NCBI GenBank assembly: GCA_031385045.1
Contig: JANNBC010000013.1
Span: 1 to 64,000, forward strand
DNA from: a bacterium
GTDB lineage: Bacteria > Bdellovibrionota_C > UBA2361 > CALJRW01
DNA: 64,000 nt
Direction of reading: 5' to 3'
Part shown: positions 47,816-58,479 of the stretch, piece after piece
How positions within the stretch are numbered: position 1 is the first letter of the stretch
How the letters are laid out: the number at the start of each line of letters is the position of its first letter
Translations under genes and position numbers: made by a program
Notes under the pieces: generated by a model
The model's input: the letters and a program-made list of their open reading frames with translations, nothing else
What the model was told of the DNA's origin: nothing
The model's database searches: none

Positions 47816-49485
47816 TCAAAGATTGTGATGTTTGCATTATTGGTTCCGGTGCCGGTGGATCCCCAATTGCCTTTGAGCTTGCGAGTGCAGGATATTCTGT
47901 AATTGTCTTAGAAAAGGGGCCGTGGTTTAAAGAAAATGATTTTGCTAAAGATGAGCTAGTAGCAGTGAGACGAAGTGTCTATACACCAAGTCTAAAGCAA
48001 GAATTTCATGTGCTTGAAACTGGCAAAGAGAACAATTGGAAAGCTCAATCAACTTTAGATTCGGGTAGAAACTTTTGGAACGGAAACTGTGTTGGAGGAT
48101 CTTCTAATTTTATGAGTGGTTACTTCCATCGTTTAAAGCCCGAGGATTTTCGACTGCTTTCAGAATTTGGAGCGATTTCTGGGGCTAATATTGCTGACTG
48201 GCCCATTAGCTATCAAGATCTCGAGCCTTACTATGCTAAGGTTGAAAAAATTGTTGGCATCTCAGGAAGAATCATCGCTCATCCCTTTCAAGAACCTCGC
48301 TCTACTCCAGATTTTCCATTTCCACCACTTCAAGAAAATTATGTTAGTAAAATAATTGATGACACCTGTGCTCAATTAAATTTTAATTCTGTGCCAGTTG
48401 CCCGAGCAATTCTTTCACAACCTCATAACAATCGAGCAAGTTGCTACTACTCTAATTTCTGTGGAAGCTATGGTTGTCATAGCGGAGCCAAGGGTAGCGC
48501 CCGTGCTGCCCTTTTAGATCTCGCTGTTAAAACTGGGAAATGTGAGATTCGTCCCCATTCTTTTGTTTATCACCTAACAAGTGACAATCAGGGAAAGGTA
48601 AATCTTGTGAAGTATTATGATCGCGAAGGACAAACACGACAAGTCTCAGCCCAGATTTTTGTAGTAGCCTGCCAAGCAATCGAGACTAGTCGTTTACTCT
48701 TAATGTCTACTGGCAGTAAACATCCTGAGGGTCTTGCCAATCACAATGGTCAGCTTGGTAAAAATTTAATTTTTTCTGCAGGAGCAACTGGCAATGGCAC
48801 AATTCGACTATCTGACTATCCAGAAGACATCGCCCAGCAATTAAAACTTCCCGGACTCTTTGTTAATCGCTCTTTGCAAGACTGGTATATTGCTAACGAT
48901 AGTTCATTAGGTGGAAGGGTTAAAGGGGGACTTATTGATTTTCTTTTCGATCATGCTAATCCAATTCGCCGTGCCAATAGTCTAAAATGGGAGGGTGATC
49001 AATTACTATGGGGCGAAGCACTTCAAAATCGTCTACAAGCAGGATTTACAAATGAAAGACAACTAAACTTCGAAGTCTTTAATGACTGGCTCCCAACCGA
49101 TAATTGCTTTGTAGCTCTAGATCCTACCAATAAAGATAAGTGGCAAAATCCTGTAGCCAAAGTTAGATTAGGATATCATCAACACGACTTAAAAATTGCT
49201 AAATTTCTTGGTGAAAAAGCTAAATCAGTCTTAGAAGCTATGAAACTTAAAAACATAACGACCAGTGTCAGTGGGGCTCCGCCCGCCAATCTTGTCGCTG
49301 GTGGTTGTCGCTTTGGAGTCGACCCTGACAAGCATATCTTAGATCCCGACTGCCGAGCTTACAGTGCTAGTAATTTGTTTGTTGCTGATGCTAGCTTTAT
49401 GCCTACGGGAGGCAGTGTTCCATATACTTGGACAATCTACGCCAATTCATTTCGAGTAGCAGATAAGATTAAAGCTCAACTTTAA
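47812..49485 (+). CDS. GMC-family FAD oxidoreductase (large subunit)
   Basis: IIGSGAGG, G.CVGGS, WPISY..LEPYY, CYYSNFCGSYGC cluster motif, GGCRFG, and NLFV.DASFMPT.G. Confidence 0.9.
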   Translation: MIKDCDVCIIGSGAGGSPIAFELASAGYSVIVLEKGPWFKENDFAKDELVAVRRSVYTPSLKQEFHVLETGKENNWKAQSTLDSGRNFWNGNCVGGSSNFMSGYFHRLKPEDFRLLSEFGAISGANIADWPISYQDLEPYYAKVEKIVGISGRIIAHPFQEPRSTPDFPFPPLQENYVSKIIDDTCAQLNFNSVPVARAILSQPHNNRASCYYSNFCGSYGCHSGAKGSARAALLDLAVKTGKCEIRPHSFVYHLTSDNQGKVNLVKYYDREGQTRQVSAQIFVVACQAIETSRLLLMSTGSKHPEGLANHNGQLGKNLIFSAGATGNGTIRLSDYPEDIAQQLKLPGLFVNRSLQDWYIANDSSLGGRVKGGLIDFLFDHANPIRRANSLKWEGDQLLWGEALQNRLQAGFTNERQLNFEVFNDWLPTDNCFVALDPTNKDKWQNPVAKVRLGYHQHDLKIAKFLGEKAKSVLEAMKLKNITTSVSGAPPANLVAGGCRFGVDPDKHILDPDCRAYSASNLFVADASFMPTGGSVPYTWTIYANSFRVADKIKAQL

Positions 49486-49994
49486 ATAGCATTTATTTGA
49501 TCAATTAATTGCTTAAAGCCTGATGGTTCTAAGCTAGCTGACTCCATTAACTTCACAATTAACTGATTATTTTTTAAAACAGCACGAGAAATTGGATATG
49601 CAATTAAGATCTCCATTAGTTGTTTAGCTAATTCTTGATTAACACATTCATCAAACAATAGAATTTCACTTTTGAGATTATCAGCCTTAATCACAAACTT
49701 AGCTTTTGATCTACAAAAATAAGGCGCTGTGGAACGATAAAATTCTAGCTGGTGAAAATTATTATTTGCAATTGGAACGGAGAAAGATCCCTTGGCTACT
49801 GAGACAGAATAGCGACTAAGCTCTACATTTTGTTCCTCGGTTAAGAGGACTTCCTTTTTCTTCCCAAGCTTTGCCATTGACCGACCAATTAACCAGGGAA
49901 CAAGTGGTAGAGCGGGAATAATTGATAACAATGGCGCGAATGGACAAGACATTACTACTACTCTCCCATCATTTAAATCATTTGCAAAGATCAA
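49482..49994 (-). CDS. Hypothetical protein with N-terminal hydrophobic anchor
   Basis: ORF fills the gap between convergent and divergent genes. No motif recognised; the start is uncertain. Confidence 0.5.
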   Translation of the reverse strand: MIFANDLNDGRVVVMSCPFAPLLSIIPALPLVPWLIGRSMAKLGKKKEVLLTEEQNVELSRYSVSVAKGSFSVPIANNNFHQLEFYRSTAPYFCRSKAKFVIKADNLKSEILLFDECVNQELAKQLMEILIAYPISRAVLKNNQLIVKLMESASLEPSGFKQLIDQINAI

Positions 49995-50074
49995 GAAAAG
50001 TAGCCGACTAAGTTTTGTAACTCTAGTTAATATCTGCTAAGATTTACCAAGCAATTTAATACTATAGAAATTTT

Positions 50075-50653
50075 ATGACTAATGTTACAGCAACTAAGAT
50101 TGCCCCACTACCGTTCCCAGAAAGCTTTCTCCTGCGATATTTGATTGCCCCGTATTATCTTAGTAAGTACGACTTAGCTTTTGCAAGTAGTGACTATGAG
50201 AAATTAACAAAGATTATTATTCGTCTAGTTAATGCTGCTGGCGCTGATAAGATTACTCAAAGAGTTAAAATAAAAAGAATCTATGGACTAGAAGAATCTT
50301 CCACTAACTGGTCTTTAGGAATGACCTTGGAGCATCTCGTTTTAGTGGGGGAAGGCTTTATGAAAATCATCCAACAACTAAACGATGATGGTAAATCTTC
50401 CGTGATTGCTAATCCTGCCTTAGTAAAACCACAAGGGGAAATTGCCGATCCTTTAGCCCTATTTACAGATCATATTCAGAAGTACAAAGATTTTATTGCT
50501 GGAATCAACTTCTCTAAAAATTCCACAAGCACTAATCTACATCCTTGGGTTGGAGAGCTTACCCAAAAAGATTGGCATAGTTTTACTGTAATCCATCTGC
50601 AAGTGCATCTTAGACAAATCAAAATAATTTTTGATCATCTAAAAGACAACTAA
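50075..50653 (+). CDS. DinB-family protein
   Basis: WS....LEHL, HPW.G.L...W and H...H..Q motifs. Confidence 0.8.
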   Translation: MTNVTATKIAPLPFPESFLLRYLIAPYYLSKYDLAFASSDYEKLTKIIIRLVNAAGADKITQRVKIKRIYGLEESSTNWSLGMTLEHLVLVGEGFMKIIQQLNDDGKSSVIANPALVKPQGEIADPLALFTDHIQKYKDFIAGINFSKNSTSTNLHPWVGELTQKDWHSFTVIHLQVHLRQIKIIFDHLKDN

Positions 50654-50666
50654 AAGTTAATTGGCT

Positions 50667-51536
50667 ATGCTCTTAGTGATAAAAATACTTGGAATACTAC
50701 TAATTTTATTTCTTGCCTCCTGTTCTCGGATCAAAATCTATGCGGTGAATGTCCTAGCACTTTACCGCGGACAAACTCTCTATCGAGATTTAAGTTATGC
50801 CGCTTTGCCCAGACAAAAACTTAATGTCTATACTCCAAAAGAGAAGACTGAAGAGCTTCGCCCTGTAATCATATTTTTCTATGGCGGCGGATGGGAGACT
50901 GGCTCTAAAGACGATTATCGTTTTGTTGCGGAGCCATTTATTAGCAATGATTATGTTGTCGTAGTCCCTGACTATGCCAAATATCCTGAATTCAAATACC
51001 CAACTTTTGTAGAAGATGGGGCAAAGGCAGTTGCTTGGACTTATCAAAATATAAAACACTATGGTGGAGATCCAGAAAAAATAATCCTGATTGGTCATTC
51101 TGCTGGAGCACACCTAGCTGGATTATTAGCAACCAATCAAGACTATCTAGCAAACCTGAAAGTCCCTAAAGAAATCATTCGTGGCTTTGTTGGAATTTCA
51201 GGTGCCTATGATTTTATACCAGTAAAACAAAGTTATGTTGCCGTATTCTCTCCAATAGCTAAAAATCTTGCTAGTGGCATGCCAGCAACATACTTTAAAG
51301 ATCCAACTCTCCCCGTCTTATTAATCCACACACGACAAGACGAAGTTATCGATCTGGAAAATATTACTAGCATGCAAACTCAAGCTGAGGAATACAAACT
51401 AAACTTGGATGTTAGATATTACGACTCACTAACTCACATAGGTACAATTGCCGCCTTCTCTCTTCCACTCCGTTCAAAGTCTTCTCTACTATCAGATGTC
51501 CTCACTTTTTGTAAAAAGCAAACAAAAGAAATTTAA
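50667..51536 (+). CDS. Alpha/beta-hydrolase (esterase/lipase), probable lipoprotein
   Basis: FYGGGW, GHSAG nucleophile elbow, D and H catalytic positions, LASC lipobox. Confidence 0.88.
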   Translation: MLLVIKILGILLILFLASCSRIKIYAVNVLALYRGQTLYRDLSYAALPRQKLNVYTPKEKTEELRPVIIFFYGGGWETGSKDDYRFVAEPFISNDYVVVVPDYAKYPEFKYPTFVEDGAKAVAWTYQNIKHYGGDPEKIILIGHSAGAHLAGLLATNQDYLANLKVPKEIIRGFVGISGAYDFIPVKQSYVAVFSPIAKNLASGMPATYFKDPTLPVLLIHTRQDEVIDLENITSMQTQAEEYKLNLDVRYYDSLTHIGTIAAFSLPLRSKSSLLSDVLTFCKKQTKEI

Positions 51537-51692
51537 TTTCTATATCAGACATCTCGAATAGCTATTCTAGAAGTTTATCTTGTGACCAGCATTACTAGAG
51601 CAGAATTTTATTGAACTTAATTATTTTCAAGTAATTTATAATAAAATAGCGTACACTGGTAAGTTGAGATCTTTATTATTAAACAAGTACCT

Positions 51693-52157
51693 ATGGAACA
51701 AAGCAATATTTTTACTGAAATCCTTTTTGCTGGAACACTCTCAGGATTAGTAATCACTAGCCTAGTCACTTATATCTTTCATTTAATTTGGAAGAACTCG
51801 GGGTTCAATATTTCACCAGTCAAAGCTATTGGAGATGCCCTAGGAAATAAAGGCATTAAGAGTACAGGGGTTACTAGCTTGGTAGCTCACTTACTAATAG
51901 GTAGTATTTTAGGAGTTGTTTATTTCGCGTTACTATCTAAATTCAACCTCCCACCACTTCAGTCGATTCTAGCATCTACCGCAATTGGCTTTGGTCATGG
52001 GTTTGTTGTTGCCTTCCTAATTTTTAATAGTCTCAATGAGAAAGCAACAACAAAAGACGTCCGTGATTTCAGCCCAGCAATTAGTATTATCTACTTAGCG
52101 GCTCATGTAATTTTCGGACTAGTCATTGGAGCTCTTTACGCTAGCCTGATCGCTTAA
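51693..52157 (+). CDS. Four-TM membrane protein
   Basis: Four hydrophobic helices with conserved-looking His residues (AHL.IG, GHG, AHVIFG). Confidence 0.65.
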   Translation: MEQSNIFTEILFAGTLSGLVITSLVTYIFHLIWKNSGFNISPVKAIGDALGNKGIKSTGVTSLVAHLLIGSILGVVYFALLSKFNLPPLQSILASTAIGFGHGFVVAFLIFNSLNEKATTKDVRDFSPAISIIYLAAHVIFGLVIGALYASLIA

Positions 52158-52867
52158 AATCTAAATGTGAGATAAGCAGCAAGGGCTGTAATCCGACGAT
52201 CAGATTTATTTAAACGATCACTAGTCTCTACAAAGTATCCAACTTCAACTCTTGTTTTTTTATTATCCCAGTAAGGTCCAAAAAAGATTCGATTGCGATC
52301 GTAGCCAGACTTAACACTTGGCTTAACGGCATTTAGATTATAAAAATATTCATCATAAGCTGTTAAACCAACGACTGCTCCATCAGCCAAATCCATCAGT
52401 GGGTGAGAAACTCTAAGTAAATAGCGCAATCGATTAGCCTCTCCGTATACGCCCTCGATATAACGCTCTTCCAGACGTGCCCGATGATTAATCTGCCAAT
52501 TACCAAAAGTCTGATCATAAGTTACTTGTTGCCAAATGCGTTGCTCATCATTGAACTTATGGTTATACGCCGAATCCATAAAAAGCGGTGTCCAGGCATA
52601 CCCTAACCATAAAACAAGATTTGGCGCTAAGGCATAACCAACGGCCGGGCGAACTAATAAGCGCTCAGGATAACTAACATTGTCTCCAATCCTAGGTTGT
52701 AACTCTGCTGACCAACGCCAGTTAGAGCCTTCCTGAAACTTACCATTGGCCATAAAAGCTGACCAAAGCTGTGTATCATTCTCTGCCGACGCTAAGCTAC
52801 AAAAGCAAATGAACTGTAGAGCTAAAAAATAGCTAAAAAATAATTTTTGATAATTTTTTGTAAACAT
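52154..52867 (-). CDS. DUF2490-like outer-membrane beta-barrel protein
   Basis: Signal peptide, LVRPA.GY, E.RIWQQ, HR.RLEER, R.RY..R, YDE.F and G.D.NR.F.G motifs, and a C-terminal F. Confidence 0.8.
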   Translation of the reverse strand: MFTKNYQKLFFSYFLALQFICFCSLASAENDTQLWSAFMANGKFQEGSNWRWSAELQPRIGDNVSYPERLLVRPAVGYALAPNLVLWLGYAWTPLFMDSAYNHKFNDEQRIWQQVTYDQTFGNWQINHRARLEERYIEGVYGEANRLRYLLRVSHPLMDLADGAVVGLTAYDEYFYNLNAVKPSVKSGYDRNRIFFGPYWDNKKTRVEVGYFVETSDRLNKSDRRITALAAYLTFRF

Positions 52868-52878
52868 AAGTTTTACCC

Positions 52879-54168
52879 TTAAACTATATAATTATAAATC
52901 TTGAGTATTAGATCTGGCCCTAAGCCATTTACTAAAACAATAAAAATTAAAATAATTAGCGCCAGCTTTTCACGCAATTTTGGTTGAAATATTTTATTAT
53001 AAATTTGTAATGGATTTCCATAAAATGAATCTCCAAAAATTCGAAAGCAAGAATATCCATTTAAGGCTAAAGCAAAAACAAAGCACCCCGCCACCAACCA
53101 GTATTCCTGACTTAGATTATGAAGTAGAATTTCGATACTCATAAATCCTAACGTCCCAGGAAATCCAATTAAGGATAAAACACAGAAAAGAAAAGAAAGA
53201 CCAAATACCGGAAATGAGATCGCCAGGCCTGTTGCGGAATCTAAATTTTCTGGACCAATTCGATCTCGAAGCATAGCAATAATAATCACTAAACTACTAA
53301 TGCAAATGGAAGTATTAAAAAAATCCATAATCGAATGAATTTCGGAACCATGCTGCACCAACAGACCATTTAAAATAAAGAGCGGGACGTGCCACTGATA
53401 AAGGGAAGAAGCAATCCCACTCAACTTCCGCTCTCCAAATAAAATCAAAGCAGAATATAATAAATTAGCGGTTAGCATGATTAAAATAATCTTTGGATAT
53501 AAATGAAAGGCTGTAGTCATTAAAAAACCAAACTTGCACCAGAATACAAAACCAATATTCAAACGAATAATTGCCGCCAAGCCATATCTAGTTGGTGCTA
53601 AGAAAATTGGCTTAACCCAAAAATGAAACGGGAAAATTCCTACCATTAATGCCAAACTTAGGATGCCTAGAATAATTGTTGTTAGAGTTAAATGACTGGC
53701 AGAAGTCTGTAGCTGGCTAATAGTAAATAGACCATTAAAGACAGTCAGATTAACTAACAGCAAACTAAGTAAGCCAATGGCAATTAATGAAAAGCCACTA
53801 AATACTAAAAAGTAATGACTCTGCTTAATAGTTTGATAAACATCTTGTCGGCTAATTCGGATATGAAGTAACAGAGCGCAGGTAATAAAAAATATAAACA
53901 GCAGAAGACTGTCTGTTAATAAGCAAAAATTGATTAACAATTGCAGACAAAACCAACTATGCGAGAAGCGAAATTTAAAGATCCTAGAACCAAACGCTGA
54001 ATAGACCAGTGTCAACATCAAATTAAAGATCACTCCACAGAAGAGAGTTGGAGTCTGCAAAACTGCTTCCGAAATAAGTCCTAAATCTGTAGCATTTGGA
54101 TTACTAAATAACCAAACAAATAATGCCAAAAAGCAAATGCTGATTAAGGTATATAAATTTCTAATCAT
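52879..54168 (-). CDS. Proton-conducting membrane transporter subunit (NuoM/N-like, PF00361-type)
   Basis: GIFPFHFW and LSLIGFPGTLGF..E motifs, multi-TM, in an operon with dabAB. Confidence 0.8.
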   Translation of the reverse strand: MIRNLYTLISICFLALFVWLFSNPNATDLGLISEAVLQTPTLFCGVIFNLMLTLVYSAFGSRIFKFRFSHSWFCLQLLINFCLLTDSLLLFIFFITCALLLHIRISRQDVYQTIKQSHYFLVFSGFSLIAIGLLSLLLVNLTVFNGLFTISQLQTSASHLTLTTIILGILSLALMVGIFPFHFWVKPIFLAPTRYGLAAIIRLNIGFVFWCKFGFLMTTAFHLYPKIILIMLTANLLYSALILFGERKLSGIASSLYQWHVPLFILNGLLVQHGSEIHSIMDFFNTSICISSLVIIIAMLRDRIGPENLDSATGLAISFPVFGLSFLFCVLSLIGFPGTLGFMSIEILLHNLSQEYWLVAGCFVFALALNGYSCFRIFGDSFYGNPLQIYNKIFQPKLREKLALIILIFIVLVNGLGPDLILKIYNYIV

Positions 54169-54172
54169 TGCC

Positions 54173-55498
54173 TTACTTATGAATATTAAATTTTAGGAAG
54201 CGATAAAAAACTTTCTCAAACAAATGAAAAAGATATTCATTACAACGAAGATCAAAATATCTAAGCCCAGTAGAAGTTTTCTCAAGTAGATTTAAGACAC
54301 TCCATTTATCAGAAAAACTGGAGTAGTTCTCCCAAAAAACATAAGCATAGATTTTCTGCCAAAAAGTATTCCGCGCTGGAACCTTCTTCGGCTGATACTG
54401 ACCAATTGTATGCTGAAAAGCTTGATGATCATGCAGGAGTGAAGCAGCATTAAGCAGTTGGTATGTTCGCAGCAGTGCATGACCAATAAAGTGTACTAAA
54501 ACAATTGTCGTCCAGCCAAATCCAATCTCGATAAACATTACTCCTACCTGTGTCATGGCCGAAAATGCTAGCGTGCTTTTAGCATCACTTTGGATTTTGG
54601 CTAAAATCGATCCGTACAACACGGTTGTTAAGCCAACTAAAACTAACAAAACGGCAAACCAGACTGGACGACCAAGGCTTTCTGTAATCCTTAGTAGTAA
54701 ATAAATTCCAGCGTGCACCGATAGACCACCATAAAAAATAGCACTAGATGGGGTGGGACCTTCCATTGCTTTTGGCAACCAGTGACCAAAAGGAAACTGT
54801 GCCGACTTCCCCATCGCTGAAATCAAACACAAAATTAGGATTAAATTAATTGTTAGTGGCTGTTGAATACCACGCATATCTGTAAAACTTAAAATCCCTA
54901 AGTTAAGTACAATTAATGAAGCTAATAATAAACCAGTATCAGTAACGCGATATGCCCAAAAAGCCCGTAGGGAATTAGTAACAGTCTGCTTACGAAATGA
55001 GAAGAAGGCAATCAATAGAGCTGAAGTTAATCCTACAATTTCCCAGCCAATAAAAATTCCCGTTAAATTTCCAGACAGGACAATTAAATGCATCCCAAAA
55101 AGAAAAAAGTGATAAAGGACAAAGAATCTGAAATAACCAAGATCTCGATGCAGATACTTGGAAGCAAACACACCAACAATCGCGCCAAGTAAAACATTTA
55201 AACTGACAAAGGCTAGCGATAGATAATCAATTAAAAACTTAATCGAAATAGATTCCTGTCCAAAGTTTAGCAAATCAATACTAAGAAATTGCAGCTGTGA
55301 GTGACTATCTAATAAGAAGCGAAACCAAACAACACTGAGTGCAATGAACGATAAGGATTGAGAATAAAGAATAGTCTTAATAACTAATTTTTCACTAACC
55401 CTTCTCTGCACCAAGCGATCAATGACAATCACCAAAAGCGATAGAACTGGTAAAATAAAAATCAGCTGTGCTGCTAACTGTGAAATTAATTTAATCAT
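54173..55498 (-). CDS. dabB: DAB inorganic-carbon pump membrane subunit (NuoL-like)
   Basis: GWEIVG, GKSAQFPF..WLP.AMEGPTPSSA and H..GHA motifs, directly downstream of a DUF2309 gene. Confidence 0.85.
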   Translation of the reverse strand: MIKLISQLAAQLIFILPVLSLLVIVIDRLVQRRVSEKLVIKTILYSQSLSFIALSVVWFRFLLDSHSQLQFLSIDLLNFGQESISIKFLIDYLSLAFVSLNVLLGAIVGVFASKYLHRDLGYFRFFVLYHFFLFGMHLIVLSGNLTGIFIGWEIVGLTSALLIAFFSFRKQTVTNSLRAFWAYRVTDTGLLLASLIVLNLGILSFTDMRGIQQPLTINLILILCLISAMGKSAQFPFGHWLPKAMEGPTPSSAIFYGGLSVHAGIYLLLRITESLGRPVWFAVLLVLVGLTTVLYGSILAKIQSDAKSTLAFSAMTQVGVMFIEIGFGWTTIVLVHFIGHALLRTYQLLNAASLLHDHQAFQHTIGQYQPKKVPARNTFWQKIYAYVFWENYSSFSDKWSVLNLLEKTSTGLRYFDLRCNEYLFHLFEKVFYRFLKFNIHK

Positions 55499-55503
55499 GA
55501 CTA

Positions 55504-58434
55504 CTACCTAATCCTTAAGAAATCTAAATTATCAGTTCTGGTAATAATCTTTTCTAAATAATTGTTACTAATTGGTAGGGTAATTAAATCAACTGGCTTC
55601 TCTCTAAAATTACCGTTAACATCATACTCTAAGAAAGTATTACTTAACTTATCCCAACAAACCAACCTCACCCAGTGCCCCCCAACCATTCGGCGAACCG
55701 TTGGGTCAGACTGAATTGCTTTTTGTAACTGTTCCAGCTGACAGCTAACAACCATTAGCAACCTAACTGGCTCGTGAATCTCAATCATTTGCTGTGGAAG
55801 TCCTGTTCGTAAATCACTACAAGTTCCATTCATTAAGCCCAACATGGAAACAATATTATGTGGTAGTTTCGATCCAGCTCCGTAAACTTCGTTATCAAGT
55901 GCTGAGAAGAAATATTCTAAGTTAATCCCACCACATACTGGAACAATCGCACGCATTATACCTGCTAGGATTTGTGCCTCAGCATCCTGAGTAGAATCAT
56001 AAGAAACTAAGAATGATCTTCGATCAAAGAATAGATTTTTTGTTTCCTCTCTTTTACCAACAAAGCACAAAGCATTTCCAGCATGCCCATATTCTGGCCG
56101 AGGCTCTGATAGAGTTTGAGACCGGGAATTCACTTCCTTAAAAGCAGCTAGTGGAGTTCGTACTGAAATTTGAGCAAAACGTCGACAACGCTCTAAGGAA
56201 TTATTCTGACAGGCCTGGACCATCAAATTTTTGATATCTGAAAATAGTTCTTGATGAGAGTCAGGAAGTAAATCTAGATCATAGTACTGAATCTGGTCAT
56301 TACATGTATTGTGATAAGCACCAATACAAAGAGTATCTTCTGGGATGATAATCCCAAAGCGATCCCGTAAGATTCTTCGAACAATTGGCTTATTAAACAT
56401 CATCGCAATCACGCGCGCATTCATTCGCCCTGGCCTACCACCGCAAGCTCCACAATCATACGCCGAGCGCAGGGGATTATTACGACTAGAAGATCCATGT
56501 CCATAAAAGACAACTAATCTACTAAAACCTTTAATCAGTCCAATTGTTTTTAAAACATTTGCGACACGCTCAGCCATTTCACCTTCGGTATAACCAAGAG
56601 TCTGATCATCTGCCTCTTCTAGGGAAGATATTTCAATTTCTAAATCTGAAAGTTCGGTTGTAAGCGATCCATCTAAATCAAAGAACTTACTAAAAGGTTT
56701 TCTGAGACGCGGAAAAAGAATACTAAAGAGCATCGGAAACAAAGAAAATATTCCGATAATTGTCATCAACCAGCCATGTAAAATTGAACCAGAGAAACGA
56801 GTTAAATAATTATTGAAATACAGATTAACAAATTGTCTTTTTTGCAGATTAAGTAAGCGATGACTGGCATCATCTTTTGGTTTTTGACGAACGATATGTG
56901 TTGGCTTAATTACAATTGGACAATATGGAGCATGTTCACCACTCATTGACTCATAAATAGCATCAATCCCAAAAAATCCAGCTGTCCCAAAAGTTTTGAT
57001 TGCTGGATTTAAGATCTCTAAATGCCGGCGGATTGACTCTTCCCGATCATCTAAACAAAAAACCATTTGTGCTAGTGCATCTGTTTCTGGAATTGAATTA
57101 TTAACATTAGATTTTAACGTTTTTAACGCTCGCTGATAAAGATTTTCTTCGTATGCTAAATGTAGAATTCTCTGTCTTTTAATTTTTGGATAAACTAAAA
57201 TCTGCTCAAGCAGATTTTCAAAATAATCCTGATTAGCAAAAACTGATAAGATATCTTTAGTATCTAAAACAACAGTGAATAAGTGATAAGCCAAGAAGAA
57301 AAGCTGATCGATTCGGCTCAGTGCCGCGCGGTTGGGTAGCTGTTGCTGAAGTAACAGTTCGCTAGAGCAAGATTTTCTAGCTAAATCTGATAACAGAATT
57401 CTTAAAGTCACATATTCCAATAAACTTGGTTTAATTTCTTGAGTTAATTCATGTAAATATTCTGGATTTTTCTCTGCAGAACAAATAAACCCAGCCCAAC
57501 CCTTAAGCGCTAGGACTTCGCTAAAAATTAACTCCTTGGCTTCACTTGAAGTTAATTCTTTTTTAGCCAATATTTCTAGTAATAAATCCTGCGGCTCAAC
57601 TCCACGGTAATAAGCAATATCTTTAGTAATCGGAGTTAGCCACTCTGGTAAGTATAGGTCTGACTTCTCCACAAGTGCGTAGAAAGATTTTAAAATACCC
57701 ACGGAGCGATTCGGCATCGAGATCGTAGCTTGTCCCAGATCTAGGTACTCTTCACAAAATCTAATCAAAAATGGATCAACTTTTTCCCTAACAATGGAGT
57801 CTTTATCAGCAAATTCAGAATGATAAGAAAGTTGCTTTGCAGCCACAGCCAGCAGACATCTTGTCCAGAGAGCCTCTTTGACTATTTCGCTTGGTATATT
57901 ATTTTTTAATGTTGCCTCAACTAAATTTCGTAATCCAATAGCAGCCTGCCGATTAATTTTTTCAAGGAATTTTGTTTCCGCCTGAAAAGTTTCTGAAGAC
58001 ACCCAAGTTTTAGCGTGGCTCACAACTTCAGAACTTACAGGTAAATGTAAATCTGATTCTCGTAGCAACCATTTAATTTGCTGAAAAGTTTTTGCTTCAG
58101 GAGTATTAACTAAAATACTTTTGATCAACACTAGGTTCTCTGGATCAACATTGGCATCATTTAAAACATAGTCCAAATCACTAGCAGAAATTCTTCCTTG
58201 TCGATAAAAATCAATATATTGATTTTCATCAAGATAAGCACGGGCATCAAAAATTCGCGCGCCTTCTTCTAAAGCTTCAAAGAATGATAAGTGCTCTAGT
58301 CCATGTAAAGTATTGTGATGGATGAAAACATCAATCGGCCCTTGGCTCGGTAACAATTCAGATAATTCTTCTAGGATCTGAGCAATAGTCTCAGAGCTTA
58401 GCTCCTCGTTTTTGTGATGAAATGGCATTAACAT
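55504..58434 (-). CDS. dabA: DAB inorganic-carbon pump soluble subunit (DUF2309)
   Basis: LP.QGPI..FIHHNTL, FCLDDREES.RRHLE, GHGS...NNP..SAYDCGAC, RPE.G and GINLEYFFS, giving a C-D-H-C zinc set. Start chosen at ATG 58434. Confidence 0.92.
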   Translation of the reverse strand: MLMPFHHKNEELSSETIAQILEELSELLPSQGPIDVFIHHNTLHGLEHLSFFEALEEGARIFDARAYLDENQYIDFYRQGRISASDLDYVLNDANVDPENLVLIKSILVNTPEAKTFQQIKWLLRESDLHLPVSSEVVSHAKTWVSSETFQAETKFLEKINRQAAIGLRNLVEATLKNNIPSEIVKEALWTRCLLAVAAKQLSYHSEFADKDSIVREKVDPFLIRFCEEYLDLGQATISMPNRSVGILKSFYALVEKSDLYLPEWLTPITKDIAYYRGVEPQDLLLEILAKKELTSSEAKELIFSEVLALKGWAGFICSAEKNPEYLHELTQEIKPSLLEYVTLRILLSDLARKSCSSELLLQQQLPNRAALSRIDQLFFLAYHLFTVVLDTKDILSVFANQDYFENLLEQILVYPKIKRQRILHLAYEENLYQRALKTLKSNVNNSIPETDALAQMVFCLDDREESIRRHLEILNPAIKTFGTAGFFGIDAIYESMSGEHAPYCPIVIKPTHIVRQKPKDDASHRLLNLQKRQFVNLYFNNYLTRFSGSILHGWLMTIIGIFSLFPMLFSILFPRLRKPFSKFFDLDGSLTTELSDLEIEISSLEEADDQTLGYTEGEMAERVANVLKTIGLIKGFSRLVVFYGHGSSSRNNPLRSAYDCGACGGRPGRMNARVIAMMFNKPIVRRILRDRFGIIIPEDTLCIGAYHNTCNDQIQYYDLDLLPDSHQELFSDIKNLMVQACQNNSLERCRRFAQISVRTPLAAFKEVNSRSQTLSEPRPEYGHAGNALCFVGKREETKNLFFDRRSFLVSYDSTQDAEAQILAGIMRAIVPVCGGINLEYFFSALDNEVYGAGSKLPHNIVSMLGLMNGTCSDLRTGLPQQMIEIHEPVRLLMVVSCQLEQLQKAIQSDPTVRRMVGGHWVRLVCWDKLSNTFLEYDVNGNFREKPVDLITLPISNNYLEKIITRTDNLDFLRIR

Positions 58435-58479
58435 AAATTTGTATATAATCTGATTAAGGGCAAGACTGTAAGTCAAAGG

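Noticed and set aside
52879..55498. Respiratory complex I nuoL/nuoM assignment
   Set aside because: No other nuo genes are present, and adjacency to DUF2309 indicates a DAB-type transporter.
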